A stretch of DNA of 64,000 nucleotides, taken from NCBI GenBank assembly GCA_963837955.1, contig CAWIPH010000002.1, forward strand, positions 2,592,001 through 2,656,000. Direction: 5' to 3'. Positions 1 through 10,936 of the stretch are shown here, one piece after another. Numbering within the stretch: the stretch's first letter is position 1; every line of letters begins with the position of its first letter. This DNA is from an uncultured Verrucomicrobiae bacterium. Its GTDB lineage: Bacteria; Verrucomicrobiota; Verrucomicrobiia; Chthoniobacterales; JAFAMB01. The notes under the pieces were generated by a model, which had not been told where the DNA came from, did no database searches, and saw nothing but the letters and a program-made list of their open reading frames with translations. A program made the position numbers and the translations under genes.

Positions 1-162
1 ATTGGGCTGCGGATCCATCTGGCCGATGAGCGCAGCGTGGAATCCTTTTCCCGCCTGGGGATCAGCGCTGGAGCATCCAGTAAATCCCAGCAAGGAAATA
101 GCGAGGACCATCAAGAGTGATCGCAGATTGAAGTTTGGATTGATACATATTGGATTTTTCAT
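1..162 (-). CDS. Putative lipoprotein, N-terminal part (runs off window)
   Basis: Manual translation from ATG 162: MKNPICINPNFNLRSLLMVLAISLLGFTGCSSADPQ...; hydrophobic stretch plus lipobox-like FTG-C; open to the window edge. Confidence 0.55.
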   Translation of the reverse strand, partial: MKNPICINPNFNLRSLLMVLAISLLGFTGCSSADPQAGKGFHAALIGQMDPQPN

Positions 163-233
163 GCATCTGGATACGATCAAACGGATGGCGTGCATAATTC
201 AACGTTATGATTGCCTATCACAGATCCTGATAG

Positions 234-299
234 GTAGACTGATGCTCCGCCTCAGGAGATTGGGGCGCCTTGGATTCCTGAGGCGGAGCATCAGGCTAC
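234..299. repeat. 66-bp GTAG-type REP-like palindrome, family R1, copy 1
   Basis: gtagactgatgctccgcctcagga-loop-tcctgaggcggagcatcaggctac; near-identical copies at 17615-17680 and 42875-42940. Confidence 0.9.
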
Positions 300-1135
300 G
301 CAAGAGAAGCGCATGCTTTGGCAGCCTGGGGACTGTTAACGGCTCTTGCCTTGAAAAATGTGTAGCAAAAAACGCCGTCCGCTTCTGCAGTTCGGTGCAA
401 ATCGGCAACGCCCCTATCGAAGTCGGCTTCACTCATGAGCCCCGATTCAACGGAGGATTTGCGGATACCCTCAATCATTGCAGTAAAAGTCTTCTTGGTG
501 AACCCCTCGACCAGTTCGGGCTTGCTCGAATCAACATAGACCATTCGCGGCGAGACATGGATCTCGCTAAATCCTGCTTCGGTCAGCAAGGGGTAAAGAG
601 CCCGTCCTATCAGCGCGTTCCCCTTTGCTCTTGCCTGCAATTTCACCTGGCAACGAACAGCTCGGCGCGCATATTCGCTTTCCGGATAGAAGTAGGTGGA
701 ACCGTGATCGCCTTCAATCACCGTAATCGTTCCACCGGGCTTTAAGACGTACTTCAGTGCTCTCAGTGCCTCTACGGGTTGGGCCAGATGCTCCAGGACG
801 AAGCATAGGAAGACATGATCGAACGCCTCAGGCGGAAACGGCAAATGGAAGATGTCTGCTTGCCGTAGCGTGACATTTTTGATGGCTGCCGCCTGAATAG
901 CCTTTCTGGCTTCGACGATCGATGCTTCAGACGCATCTATGGAGGTGATTAGCGACTTCGGACTATTGGACGCCAATGTGACTGTTTGCGCGCCGACACC
1001 GCACCCAGCCTCCAAAACGCTGCTGCCTTCCGGGTAGATCGTATCCGAATGCAATAGCTCTACGAGCGTGGATGCCTGATCCTGCAATCGCCGACTTTCT
1101 CTCGGATCATACCCATGCACGTAAGAGCTAGTCAT
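296..1135 (-). CDS. Class I SAM-dependent methyltransferase
   Basis: VLEAGCGVG motif I, FDHVF motif II, LKPGG motif III; AAGGAG RBS upstream of ATG 1135. Confidence 0.9.
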   Translation of the reverse strand: MTSSYVHGYDPRESRRLQDQASTLVELLHSDTIYPEGSSVLEAGCGVGAQTVTLASNSPKSLITSIDASEASIVEARKAIQAAAIKNVTLRQADIFHLPFPPEAFDHVFLCFVLEHLAQPVEALRALKYVLKPGGTITVIEGDHGSTYFYPESEYARRAVRCQVKLQARAKGNALIGRALYPLLTEAGFSEIHVSPRMVYVDSSKPELVEGFTKKTFTAMIEGIRKSSVESGLMSEADFDRGVADLHRTAEADGVFCYTFFKARAVNSPQAAKACASLA

Positions 1136-1154
1136 CAAATCTCCTTAGATGATA

Positions 1155-1562
1155 CCGGAATGATCTCACGCTGCCGGAATGATCTCACGCTGCCGGAATG
1201 ATCTCACGCAAAGACGCCAAGACGCAAAGAGGAAGTGATCGGTGATTGGTGAAAGGGGCAGTCAGAACATCGGTAAGACTGGGTTAGGTTTTAGGTTACG
1301 ATTTTTCTTTGTTTTGACCAGCTTCTTGGGGCGGATAGCTGAAGTGGCTGCGAAAGCGAAGTTCCCACTTTGTTCCCTTCTATTTAAAATCCGCCTTTGC
1401 GATTTTGCATGAGACACGGTTTCTCCGTTGCCTCTGTGAGCTCCTGTTAAGAAGGTCTTTCTCGATCTCTGCGAGCTTTTGTGAAAGCTTAAAATCCGCC
1501 TTTGCGTCTTGGCGTCTTTGCGTGAGATCATTCCGGCAGCGTCTTTGCGTGAGATCATTCCT
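1155..1562. repeat. Intergenic repeat cluster: 19-bp tandem units plus 43-bp perfect inverted repeat
   Basis: ccggaatgatctcacgctg units start at 1155, 1174 and 1193; 1187-1229 is the exact reverse complement of 1500-1542. Confidence 0.9.
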
Positions 1563-1908
1563 CGACGAAGGATTGCAGTCTCGCCAACGCATGCTCCCAT
1601 TGATCGGAAACGCGGTCGAGGTAAGACCGGAGCTCTTTGAGCGGCTGTGGTCTGAACTCGAACAGGCTCTCCCGGCCGACGCGTACGCTGTGCACGACAC
1701 CGGCGCCTTCCAGTACTTGAAGATGTTTGGTGATCGCCTGGCGCGTTAGCTTCGAACCTTTGGCGAGTCGAGAGATCGACTGCGGCGGCCCGTTGGACAG
1801 CTTTCCAACGAGCGATAGCCGCGTTTCATCGCCTAAAGCCGCAAAGACCGACGCCCGACCCTTGAGGCCGGCATGGCGTTTAGGCCGGATGCTCGACATG
1901 GCGCTCAA
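1555..1908 (-). CDS. ArsR/SmtB family transcriptional regulator
   Basis: VFAALGDETRL...TRQAITKHLQVLEGAGVV...GRE; typical partner of SRPBCC genes. Confidence 0.9.
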   Translation of the reverse strand: MSAMSSIRPKRHAGLKGRASVFAALGDETRLSLVGKLSNGPPQSISRLAKGSKLTRQAITKHLQVLEGAGVVHSVRVGRESLFEFRPQPLKELRSYLDRVSDQWEHALARLQSFVEE

Positions 1909-2332
1909 TATTCTTCATCTGCTCGGTCCAACCGTCCTCATTCATTCGGAATGCTTCGAACCGGCGGTCTTTGGGAATTGCGTCAAATCCAGATTCCGTG
2001 AGGAAAAGAACGGTACCGCTGTCTTTCGGTTCAAGCCTGAACTCGACCAAAGTCGTGGGCTCATTCGAGTAGTCGGTATTGGGATCGATAGCATACGGAT
2101 GCCAGGTGAACGAAAAGAGCCGTTCGGGTTCCATCTTCTGCACTGTTGCTTCCCACCTTAGGTGCTCGTAGCCGGGATAGGTGATTTGGCCTCGCGAGAC
2201 CTGTCCCGGCACAAACGGAGCGTCCAGCTTCACCCGAAACCATTCGCCAAACTCACGGTGGTCGGTCAACGCACGCCAGACCCGGGATACGGGTGCCTTC
2301 AGTTCGATACGCTTCTCTATGCTATTGCTCAT
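1880..2332 (-). CDS. SRPBCC (AHA1/START-like) domain protein
   Basis: IEKRIELKAPVSRVWRALTD...FSFTWHP...GWTEQM; AGGAGG RBS before ATG 2332. Confidence 0.9.
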   Translation of the reverse strand: MSNSIEKRIELKAPVSRVWRALTDHREFGEWFRVKLDAPFVPGQVSRGQITYPGYEHLRWEATVQKMEPERLFSFTWHPYAIDPNTDYSNEPTTLVEFRLEPKDSGTVLFLTESGFDAIPKDRRFEAFRMNEDGWTEQMKNIERHVEHPA

Positions 2333-2333
2333 A

Positions 2334-2398
2334 TGCAACCTCCTGATTGCGGTTCACTATGGAGAAGTTTCGTAAACGCGCAACCCTTTTATTGCGCT
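2334..2398. promoter_or_regulatory. Two imperfect palindromes, probable ArsR operators
   Basis: tgcaacctcctgattgcg and gcgcaacccttttattgcgc directly upstream of the SRPBCC-ArsR operon. Confidence 0.55.
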
Positions 2399-2616
2399 TA
2401 ATTGGAGACGACGCAGCAAATCGTGGGGCGCACGCTGCCCAACTCTTGCCACCAGGAATGTGAGCTATGAATATCCTGTTTTTCGAACCCTCAGGCCCGA
2501 TCGAGGAAGTTTGGTATTACTCCAATTGGCGGAGACGAAATAGCCAAATAGACATCAGATAAGCACTCTTCCTGCCAATAGAATAGCAGGTGGCGACTGG
2601 CTAGGTTACCGGAGTA

Positions 2617-3879
2617 ATGAGCGAAGAAACAAACGATGGATTGGTCTCGCGCCGGAAATTTCTCGGAGTAGGGTCGGCGGCCGTTGGTGCTACGATGATC
2701 GCGGCTGCAACCGCGGCTGCGCAAATTCCACAAGACACGAAGAAGGCCGAGCTCGATCGGAGCGGGAGCAGTCCGCTGGGCCCGGATGACCAGGCGTTAC
2801 ATAGCGAGAATTTTGATTCAGTGACGCCGCCTCCAACTGATCACGGAAGCGTCGAACCCTTCAAATATCCTTTTTCTTTTTCGCACAAGCGAACGGAGGA
2901 GGGCGGATGGGCCCGCCAGGTGACAATCGCGGACTTGCCGATCTCGAAGACGATCGCAGGCGTGGATATGCGTTTGACCGCGGGCGGTGTACGCGAGTTG
3001 CATTGGCATACGGCAGGCGAATGGGCGCTTATGCTATACGGTAACGCGCGAATAACGTGCCTGGATCAATACGGCAAACCATTTATTGACGACATCAAGC
3101 AAGGAGATTTGTGGTTTTTTCCGACCGGCTATCCCCATTCGATTCAGGGTTTGGGGCCGGACGGTTGCGAGTTCTTACTCGTGTTCGATGACGGCGCATT
3201 TTCCGAGTACGACACCGTATTGTTAGCAGACTGGCTGGCGAGGACGCCACTGAGTGTGCTCAGCAAAAATCTCGGGGTCTCGAAGCAGGCATTATCGAGA
3301 ATTCCGGACCACGAGCTCTACATTTTTCAAGCAGAGGTGCCAAAGACATCGCTGGCCGAGGACCGGCGCGTAGCGGCAGGGGACGTCGGCTTATCATCCC
3401 AGAACTTCTCTTTTCGGATGATGGAGATGCAACCGACCCATAAGACAAAGGCGGGAGAAGTACGCATCGTCGACTCGAACGTTTTCCAAGCATCGAATTC
3501 TATCGCGGCGGCGCATGTCATCGTTCATCCGGGAGGAATGCGCGAACTGCACTGGCATCAAAACGCCGATGAATGGCAATACTACGTGGCTGGCAAAGGG
3601 CGGATGACGGTGTTCGCGGCTCAGGGCAACGCCCGTACCATGGATTTCCAAAAAGGGGATGTTGGCTACGTCCAGCAGACGCTTCCGCATTACATCGAGA
3701 ATACGGGGACCGAGGATCTAATATTTCTTGAGATGTTCAAGAGCAGTCAATACCAGGATGTATCACTGAACCAATGGCTGACGCATCTGCCGCCCGCGCT
3801 TGTTCAGGCGCACTTGAATATTGATGGGGCAACGATCAATGCCATCCAACCCACGGAAGAAGTGGTAGTTCCCGCCTGA
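2617..3879 (+). CDS. oxdC: Oxalate decarboxylase family bicupin with twin-arginine signal peptide
   Basis: Two RELHWH Mn-binding cupin motifs; lid FSEYDT keeps the Glu; N-terminal SRRKFL Tat motif followed by a hydrophobic segment. Confidence 0.9.
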   Translation: MSEETNDGLVSRRKFLGVGSAAVGATMIAAATAAAQIPQDTKKAELDRSGSSPLGPDDQALHSENFDSVTPPPTDHGSVEPFKYPFSFSHKRTEEGGWARQVTIADLPISKTIAGVDMRLTAGGVRELHWHTAGEWALMLYGNARITCLDQYGKPFIDDIKQGDLWFFPTGYPHSIQGLGPDGCEFLLVFDDGAFSEYDTVLLADWLARTPLSVLSKNLGVSKQALSRIPDHELYIFQAEVPKTSLAEDRRVAAGDVGLSSQNFSFRMMEMQPTHKTKAGEVRIVDSNVFQASNSIAAAHVIVHPGGMRELHWHQNADEWQYYVAGKGRMTVFAAQGNARTMDFQKGDVGYVQQTLPHYIENTGTEDLIFLEMFKSSQYQDVSLNQWLTHLPPALVQAHLNIDGATINAIQPTEEVVVPA

Positions 3880-3918
3880 AGGCCTGCAGCAGCGCCGCGA
3901 TCTGGTTCCCAACTATGA

Positions 3919-4302
3919 TCATTCGGGAAGTGTGGCGATTGCTTCAATGCTGATCGCTAGCTCCTCCATGGGAAGTTTCGTGATGGGAGTCGAGCGCGCC
4001 GGCGGATCTTGCGGAAAATACTCGGCATAAAGTTCGTTTAATGTGCCGAAGTTAGCGGGGTCACAAAGAAATATGGTAGTTTTCACCACGTGTCTGAGAC
4101 TGCTTCCTGCGGCTCGAAGCGCAGCCGAGAGATTTTCGAACGCCTGCCTGGCTTGGGTTTCAAAACTGCCACCGATCACTTCACCTGTGCCGGGATCGCT
4201 ACTTGCCTGACCCGAGACAAACAGGAGTTGATCGACGCGAACTACCTGAGAGTACGGACCTTTGGTCCGCGGGATGTTAGGATTTACGACGGGATGATGC
4301 AT
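3919..4302 (-). CDS. RidA/YjgF/UK114 family protein
   Basis: GPYSQ, LFVSGQ, VVKTTIFL, N-x-x-Y-x-x-YF, PPARS, IEAIA; start moved to ATG 4302. Confidence 0.9.
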   Translation of the reverse strand: MHHPVVNPNIPRTKGPYSQVVRVDQLLFVSGQASSDPGTGEVIGGSFETQARQAFENLSAALRAAGSSLRHVVKTTIFLCDPANFGTLNELYAEYFPQDPPARSTPITKLPMEELAISIEAIATLPE

Positions 4303-4434
4303 AATCGTTAATCGGGTTTGGCAACGGGCTGGCGTATGGTTGCTATGAATCTCTTGTAGGAGAGATTTCCGATGTCGAGCACTATACGGCGCCGCTGTTT
4401 TTCGACCCAGCAAGCAATCGACAGCTTATTACCG

Positions 4435-4860
4435 CTACCTCTCTAGCTTTTTCGTCAAAGTAATGTCTGCCTTAAGCACGCGCGAAACCGGACAGCCGGC
4501 CTTCGCCTGGTCGGCAATTTCTTCAAATTTCGCCGGATCAATCCCCGGCACACGCCCGCGCAAATCGAGATGAATTGTTGTGATGGTCCAGTTGCCTTCA
4601 ACCTGCTCCAGCGTGAGCGTAGCTTGAGTTGAGAGTTCCTCGGCCGTGAATCCGGCGTTGCCCAGAAATGCCGATACAGCCATGGTGAAACAACCGGCAT
4701 GAGCCGCTGCTATCAGCTCTTCCGGGTTCGTACCGATGCCGTTTTCAAATCGCGTCGCGAACGAATATTGCGTTTTATTTAAGACGCCGCTCTGGGTGGA
4801 AAGCGTGCCTTGGCCCTTCTTGAGATCTCCATGCCAAACTGCGGATGCGGTGCGTTTCAT
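4435..4860 (-). CDS. osmC: OsmC family peroxiredoxin
   Basis: [16 protein letters not shown]...[26 protein letters not shown]...AKAGCPVSR. Confidence 0.93.
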   Translation of the reverse strand: MKRTASAVWHGDLKKGQGTLSTQSGVLNKTQYSFATRFENGIGTNPEELIAAAHAGCFTMAVSAFLGNAGFTAEELSTQATLTLEQVEGNWTITTIHLDLRGRVPGIDPAKFEEIADQAKAGCPVSRVLKADITLTKKLER

Positions 4861-5455
4861 AATTTTTGGTGGGGGTGGAACCAACTTAGAAGCTTTGTCG
4901 ACCAACGCCCGACGTTCGGCCGATCCCTAATTCCCAAAACCCTTGGTTGCAGATTATGGTTCGAACTTCGAGCAATAGTACACGCAGACATCATCAAAGG
5001 AAGGTCTTTCGCGCGCCTACGCTTTCGGTCAGTTGGCAAAGGAAGCAAAGATTCAGGCGGTACAGGTACCTCTTTGGCGGGTCTCGTTTTATAGAGATGC
5101 TTTTGGCAAGTGCCTGAATACATCACAGGCTTGGTGGCACCTCGCGTTCCCCGGAAAGAAAAACTTCAGTCTTTGCTTCCTTTGCTACCTTCTGTTTAAA
5201 GATCTCTTTGTATTTGTCCTACCAGGTTCAGGCGTCGTGTCGCTACCCGCCGCACGACTTGCCGTCAAATGGGGATTGGACCTGTCATAAACGTAGAGGG
5301 GCGGTGGTCCGGTGACCGTCCGACAGAGCATGTCGCCAAGGCGCGTGAGGAGCGATCTTGATCAGCAAAGGCATGGCGACCCAGGAGAGAACAAAATTCG
5401 GCGGCAATGAGCAGGACACCTGTTGATTGACAACGGTTGGCTCACCCGGATTATT

Positions 5456-5905
5456 TCAAGTATGCGCCTGGCTCCAAACGATGAGCCAGGCAATCAGAAA
5501 GACCAACGGTAGAAAAATCGGGGAGGCAATTCCCAACCAGCGAGTGAGCCGACTTCCTTGGATCTCAGGAAAACCTCCGACCGAAGCAACATGCGTCGCG
5601 TAAGCTAGCCGGAGACGATAAAGTGCCAAAACTCCTGCAATGACGCTGCAGTAGATCAGGATATCGGAAATGCATGCCACCCCTGGAATGATATTGAAGA
5701 GCAGGTCTTGTTGTTTGGCCAATAAAGGATTGCGAGCCTGCGGTGTGGCATTGGCAATGATCGCATACCCGGTGAAAAAGAAGGATTGGGCCGCCATCAG
5801 CCAAGACAATCGTTGCACGATCAGATTATCTTCGTGTTGGATCTGATCCCGGATGGTTCGATACCAATCGGCCGGACCAAACGGATTAACTGGAGGCTCG
5901 CTCAT
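5456..5905 (-). CDS. Hypothetical three-helix membrane protein
   Basis: From MSEPPVNP; QIQHEDNLIVQRLSWL followed by three hydrophobic segments; the longer upstream ORF extension runs through repeat DNA. Confidence 0.65.
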   Translation of the reverse strand: MSEPPVNPFGPADWYRTIRDQIQHEDNLIVQRLSWLMAAQSFFFTGYAIIANATPQARNPLLAKQQDLLFNIIPGVACISDILIYCSVIAGVLALYRLRLAYATHVASVGGFPEIQGSRLTRWLGIASPIFLPLVFLIAWLIVWSQAHT

Positions 5906-5964
5906 GGGCTTTTCACGTACCTTCTTCCTGTCTTGACGCTTTGCCGTCAATAGAAACCGATGAC

Positions 5965-6205
5965 TGCGGAAAATCTCACGCAAAGACGCGAAGAGGGATC
6001 TGAATAGAAGGTGACGGAGGAAATAGAGGGCTTCGAGTGAGACCTCTGCGACTCGGCTAAGCTCCTCGAAATCGTGTGCGTTCGAATGAGCTCTTGCCGT
6101 TGTCTCTAGGCCAAACATTTCTAGATTCTGCTTCCCATTCTTTGCGCCCGCCCGCATCGCTACGCGAAGCGTTGCGGGCAGGCCTTTGCGTCTTTGCGTG
6201 ATGCG
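5965..6205. repeat. Short-repeat cluster related to 1155-1562
   Basis: atctcacgcaaagacgcgaag (~5973-5993) and inverted ctttgcgtctttgcgtga (~6184-6201). Confidence 0.6.
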
Positions 6206-6272
6206 TCAACAACCGGACAGATGGAGTGGGGAAGAGCGGCGCACTTTTAGTAATCGACCGCATTCCCGCGGA

Positions 6273-9200
6273 TCAATGAACTGGATTTTCCTTCAGTGCT
6301 CGACGCTCGATTGAGCTTTGCTGCTTCTTCTTGGACGCCCGGGTAAAAATCTTCATGATCACAGAGAAAAATATCGGAGTAAAAAAGATCCCAAAAAAGG
6401 TCACCCCGATCATTCCAGCGAAGACGGCAGTACCCAATGCCTGATCCATTTCGGCCCCGGCCCCTTTAGCGATCACTAACGGCAACACACCGAGAATAAA
6501 AGCAAACGAGGTCATGAGGATTGGCCGTAGACGCAACCGGGCAGCTTCCGCCGCAGCCTCGATTCGCCCTTTCCCGGACAGCATCTCCTGCCTGGCAAAC
6601 TCCACGATCAAGATCGCATTCTTACAGGCGAGCCCGACGAGAACAATGAATCCGATTTGGGTGAAAATATTGTTATCTTGTCCTCGAAAATAAACCCCGG
6701 CCATAGCAGACAATAAGCACATGGGAACGATCAGGATGACCGCCAGTGGCAAGGACCAGTTCTCGTATTGAGCGGCCAGCGCCAGAAACACAAACAAGAC
6801 GCAAAGCGGGAAGATGAGAATTGCGGTGTTACCCGCGGTCACCTCTTGATAGGTCAATTGGGTCCACTCAAACGAGAACTGGCTCGGGAGATTCTCTCGA
6901 CAGATTCGTTCCATCTTTTCAATCGCCTGGCCTGAACTGACCCCCGGCAATGTCGTCCCTTGAATGAGGGCCGCGGGATAGACGTTATAATGGCTGACGG
7001 TATCCGGACCATTGATCCGTTGAACATTCATTAAACTACCCAATGGCACCATTCCGCCGGTGCTATTGCGGGCGTACATCCTTAGGATCTGATTAGGATC
7101 CGACCGGAAAGCAGCGTCACCTTGCAAGTTTACCTGATAGGTTCGCCCCAGGAAGTTGAAGTCGCCCACGTAGTTGCTTCCAAGATAGCTCTGGAGGGTA
7201 GTAAACACCGAACTGATCGGCACATTCAAGCTCTGCACCTTTTCCCGGTCGATATTCAGAAAGAGCTGAGGCACCTGGGAACGGTTGGTCGTAAAGACTC
7301 CGCTTAAGCCCGGCTCCGTGTTCGCAGCCGCAATGACTGCGTCGGTCGCCTGCTGCAACGCGTTCAACCCGGCGTTTCGGTGATCCTCAATCTCGAGCTG
7401 GAATCCACCCGCGTTCCCCATTCCTCGAACCGAAGGAGGCTGGATGGCAATCACAAACGCATCTTGAATCGAGGAAAATGCGCTCTGCAGTTTCGTTGCG
7501 ATCGCCGTAGCGGATTGCTCCGGATGACCGATTCGTTCACTAAATGGTTTCAGAGGGAAAAAGAATGTCAAGGCATTGGACTTGGTAGTCGAATCCAGAA
7601 TCGATAAGCCCTCGATCGCGAAGGTAAGCTCTACCCCTGGCATATTCTTGCCGATCTCCCCAATTTGTCGCCGCACGTCGTCGGTCCGTTGGAGCGAGGC
7701 TCCGTCCGGTAGCTGCGCAAAAACGATGAGGTATCCCTGATCCATTGTCGGGATAAAACCGCCCGGCACCTTCTGGAACAGCAACCCGGTCAGCGCCAGA
7801 AGTCCGACATAAACCACTAACACCAGTCCGCTGATTCGAAGCAGCCGGCGAACCACCGCTCCGTAACCAGCGATTCCCAGATCGAAGGCTCGATTAAATA
7901 AGCGGAAAAACCAACCCAACAAAGTGTCAATCAGCCGGCTAAGCAGATCCTTCTTCGCGTGGCCCGGTCTGATCAAGAGGGCTGCTAACGCCGGGCTCAG
8001 GGTGAGCGAGTTAAATGCCGAAATTAAGGTGGCAATCGCAATGGTCAGTGCGAACTGCCGATAAAATTGGCCGCTGATGCCGCTGACCAGTGCCGTCGGA
8101 ACGAACACGGCTGTCAGCACGACCGCAATCGAAATCACAGCTCCGCCCACTTCATCCATTGCCTTCCTGGTGGCCTCTTTCGGGTCCAGGCCACGCTCGA
8201 TCCATCGTTCCACGTTTTCGACTACCACGATCGCGTCATCCACCACGATGCCGATCGCCAATACTAGTCCGAACAATGAAAGTGAGTTAAGGGAAAACCC
8301 CATCAGAGCCAGCACCACAAAGGTTCCAATCAACGAAACGGGCACCGCAATGAGCGGGATCAAGGCAATTCTCCAGGACTGGAGAAATAGCATGACCACA
8401 ATCACAACCAGGATAACAGCGGCCCGCAGCGTCTCATAGACCGCGTCAATGGACTGTTGAGTAAAGAGAGTGGGGTCATAGTTGATAGTGTATTCCATTC
8501 CCGGAGGAAAAGATTTCGCCATTTCCGCGATCTGCTTTTTTACCAGTGCTGCGGTTTTCAGTTCGTTGGATCCCGGTAACTGAAAGATCCCGATAGCGAC
8601 GGCTGGCACTACTCCATCCTGATAGGTAGTACTGGTGTAGCTCTGTCCGCCCAGTTCCAGCCTCGCGACATCGCCCAGGTAAACCAACTGTCCATTATCG
8701 CCTCGTTTCAAAATGATCTTAGAAAACTGTTCCGGAGTTATCAGACGGCCCTTGGTGTTGAGAATAAACTGAAATTCCGTCTTGGGCCGGGCCGGCTCGG
8801 CTCCGAGGCTTCCGGGGGCAACTTGAACGTTTTGAGCCTGAACCGCGCTCACGACGTCATCCGCAGTTAGCCCGCGGGAAAACATCAGATCCGGATTTAA
8901 CCATACGCGCATGCTGTATGGCTGCGCGCCCCAAACCAGGACATTTCCCACACCATCGATTCGTTTAAGGGAATCCTCTATCTGGGTGTATGCATAGTTA
9001 CTGAGATAGAGAGGGGTATAGGTGTTATTTTTAGAAGTCAGTCCGATCGCCATCAGAATATCCGGTGACTCCTTTTGCGTGGTGACACCGATATTTCTGA
9101 CCTGCAGCGGCAATTGCGGCTCGGCAATCGCTACCCGATTCTGAACCAATACCTGCGCTACGTTCGGGTCGGTACCCAACTTAAATGTTACCGTCAACTG

Positions 9201-9469
9201 CATAGTGCCATCCATGGCAGAGACGGAGGACATGTATAACATGTTTTCGACCCCATTGACTTGCTGCTCGATCGGCTCGGCCACTGTATCCGCCAGCGTC
9301 TTAGGATCTGCCCCGGGAACTGCGCTTGTACTACTACCGTTGGCGGCGCAATCTCAGGAAACTGCGCCACTGGTAAGATCGTATAAGCAATCGCCCCCAG
9401 CACTACGGTAACAATCGAGATTACGATTCCGAATATTGGGCGGTCGATGAAGAAATGAGACAGCTTCAT
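6273..9469 (-). pseudogene. RND (HAE1/MexF-BepE-like) efflux permease with one frameshift; intact if this is a sequencing error
   Basis: N-terminus MKLSHFFIDRPIF...QFPG and body ...AEPIEQQVNGVENMLY...GIVVDDAIVVVENVER...KNAILIVEFA...RLRPILMTS are in different frames; one extra G at 9311-9314 restores PGADPKTLADTVAEP. Confidence 0.9.
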
Positions 9470-9483
9470 TATTCTCCCCAGGA

Positions 9484-10698
9484 TTAAGGTGTTGCCTTTT
9501 TCCGGTCCGCATCGCTGCCGGAGGCGCTCGATTGTGAGCTGGTCAGCGGCATCGAAATGTCGTTCGAGCTGAATTGCGCCATCGCTCCTGGCTGCGGTTT
9601 TACCGAGCTATCGGGCCGCACCTTGATAATGCCATTGATAATGACTACATCATCCGGTTGCAGTCCCGATTTTACCACCCGCAATCCCTCAGCCAGCTGA
9701 CCTGTCGTTATATGACGTAACCGGGCGATATTCGTGGAATCTACAACATACACAAAGCTCTGATCCTGATCCGAGCCGATCGCCCGATCAGCTACCAGGA
9801 GCGCGTCGTATTTCGGGCTCGAGGCTACCCGCACCCGGACAAAGTTTCCCGGCGTCAGAAAACCATCCCTGTTTGGAAATGAGCCCCGAATGAGGAGCGT
9901 ACCGGTCGATGAGTCGAAAGCGTTATCCGAAAAATCGATGGTTCCCTCATGAGGAAACCCGGTTTCATCCTGCAACTGCAGATAGACTGGGGTCTTGCCG
10001 TCCTGAGAGCCGGCAAGTTTCCCTTCCCCTACGAGTCGCTGATAGCTCAGCGCAGCCAGTTCATCTACGCTGAAGTAAGCATAAATCGGATCGATGCTGG
10101 CTATAGTAGTGAGTTGAGTGGAGTCGGCTTTTACCAGATTGCCGATATTCACGAGTTGGCGGCTGACCCGTCCGTCGATCGGCGATGTAACGTGAGTAAA
10201 TTCAAGATTCAGCTGAGCCGAATTGCGTGCAGCTTGCGCCGAGACCACCTGCGCCGCGGCTTGGTTCTTGTTAGACAAAGCCGTATCGTAATCTTCCTTC
10301 GCGATGACTCCCGTCTCTCGCAAACGCTGTTGGCGTGCGAAGGTAGCATCCTGCAGTTGCTGATTGGCTTGCGCCTGCTGCAACTGGCCAACCGCCTGGT
10401 CGTAAGCATCCTGATACGGTCTGGGATCGATTTGAAAGAGCAAATCTCCCTTGTGGACAATATCGCCTTCCTTAAAGGGAATATCGACAATGTAACCGCT
10501 GACCCGAGGAGTTACATTCACCAGCTTGACCGCCGCAGTTCTCCCGGTGAACTCGTTCCAGTTCACGACCCTTTTCTGCTCCGGCTTACTGACCGTGACC
10601 TCCGGGGCTGGTAAGCCATGTGTTGCCGGCTGCTGGTTGTTGCAGCCTGCTAGCCAAAGAGTTAGCGCGACAACGAGGACAGGCGATACGTTTTTCAT
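9484..10698 (-). CDS. RND efflux periplasmic adaptor (MFP), lipoprotein
   Basis: LAGC lipobox, PRVSGYI...VHKGDLLFQIDPRPY, SPIDGRVS...GNLV; directly upstream of the RND permease. Confidence 0.93.
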   Translation of the reverse strand: MKNVSPVLVVALTLWLAGCNNQQPATHGLPAPEVTVSKPEQKRVVNWNEFTGRTAAVKLVNVTPRVSGYIVDIPFKEGDIVHKGDLLFQIDPRPYQDAYDQAVGQLQQAQANQQLQDATFARQQRLRETGVIAKEDYDTALSNKNQAAAQVVSAQAARNSAQLNLEFTHVTSPIDGRVSRQLVNIGNLVKADSTQLTTIASIDPIYAYFSVDELAALSYQRLVGEGKLAGSQDGKTPVYLQLQDETGFPHEGTIDFSDNAFDSSTGTLLIRGSFPNRDGFLTPGNFVRVRVASSPKYDALLVADRAIGSDQDQSFVYVVDSTNIARLRHITTGQLAEGLRVVKSGLQPDDVVIINGIIKVRPDSSVKPQPGAMAQFSSNDISMPLTSSQSSASGSDADRKKATP

Positions 10699-10936
10699 GT
10701 CACGTTTTTTTCAATGATGAGATGAAAGTTTCTTGAGAGCGCTACGCTCAATGCTGCCATTTGAGCGGGATAGGCAGCCAACCAGCTGGAGATATGGATA
10801 TCCTGGTAGACGGGAGAATTGTTAGTCGCCGCTTTGGCCTATTCTCGAGAGCAGCCAGGCAGACCGATGTGCACACGCAAGTCAAGAGCCGCTAACGACA
10901 ATCGGTAGATATTGAATACCAGTCTCGTCATCTTAT

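Noticed and set aside
2..745. Long antisense or overlapping ORFs (e.g. 2-745, 9949-10614, 23375-24142, 39040-39678, 51307-52152)
   Set aside because: They are shadows of well-supported genes on the other strand or frame and have no recognisable motifs.
1155..1229. Tandem 19-bp repeats as a CRISPR array
   Set aside because: The units are contiguous with no unique spacers, and there are no cas genes in the window.
9300..9320. Programmed frameshift or phase variation in the RND gene
   Set aside because: The run is only 4 G with no slippery heptamer; sequencing error or simple mutation is more likely.
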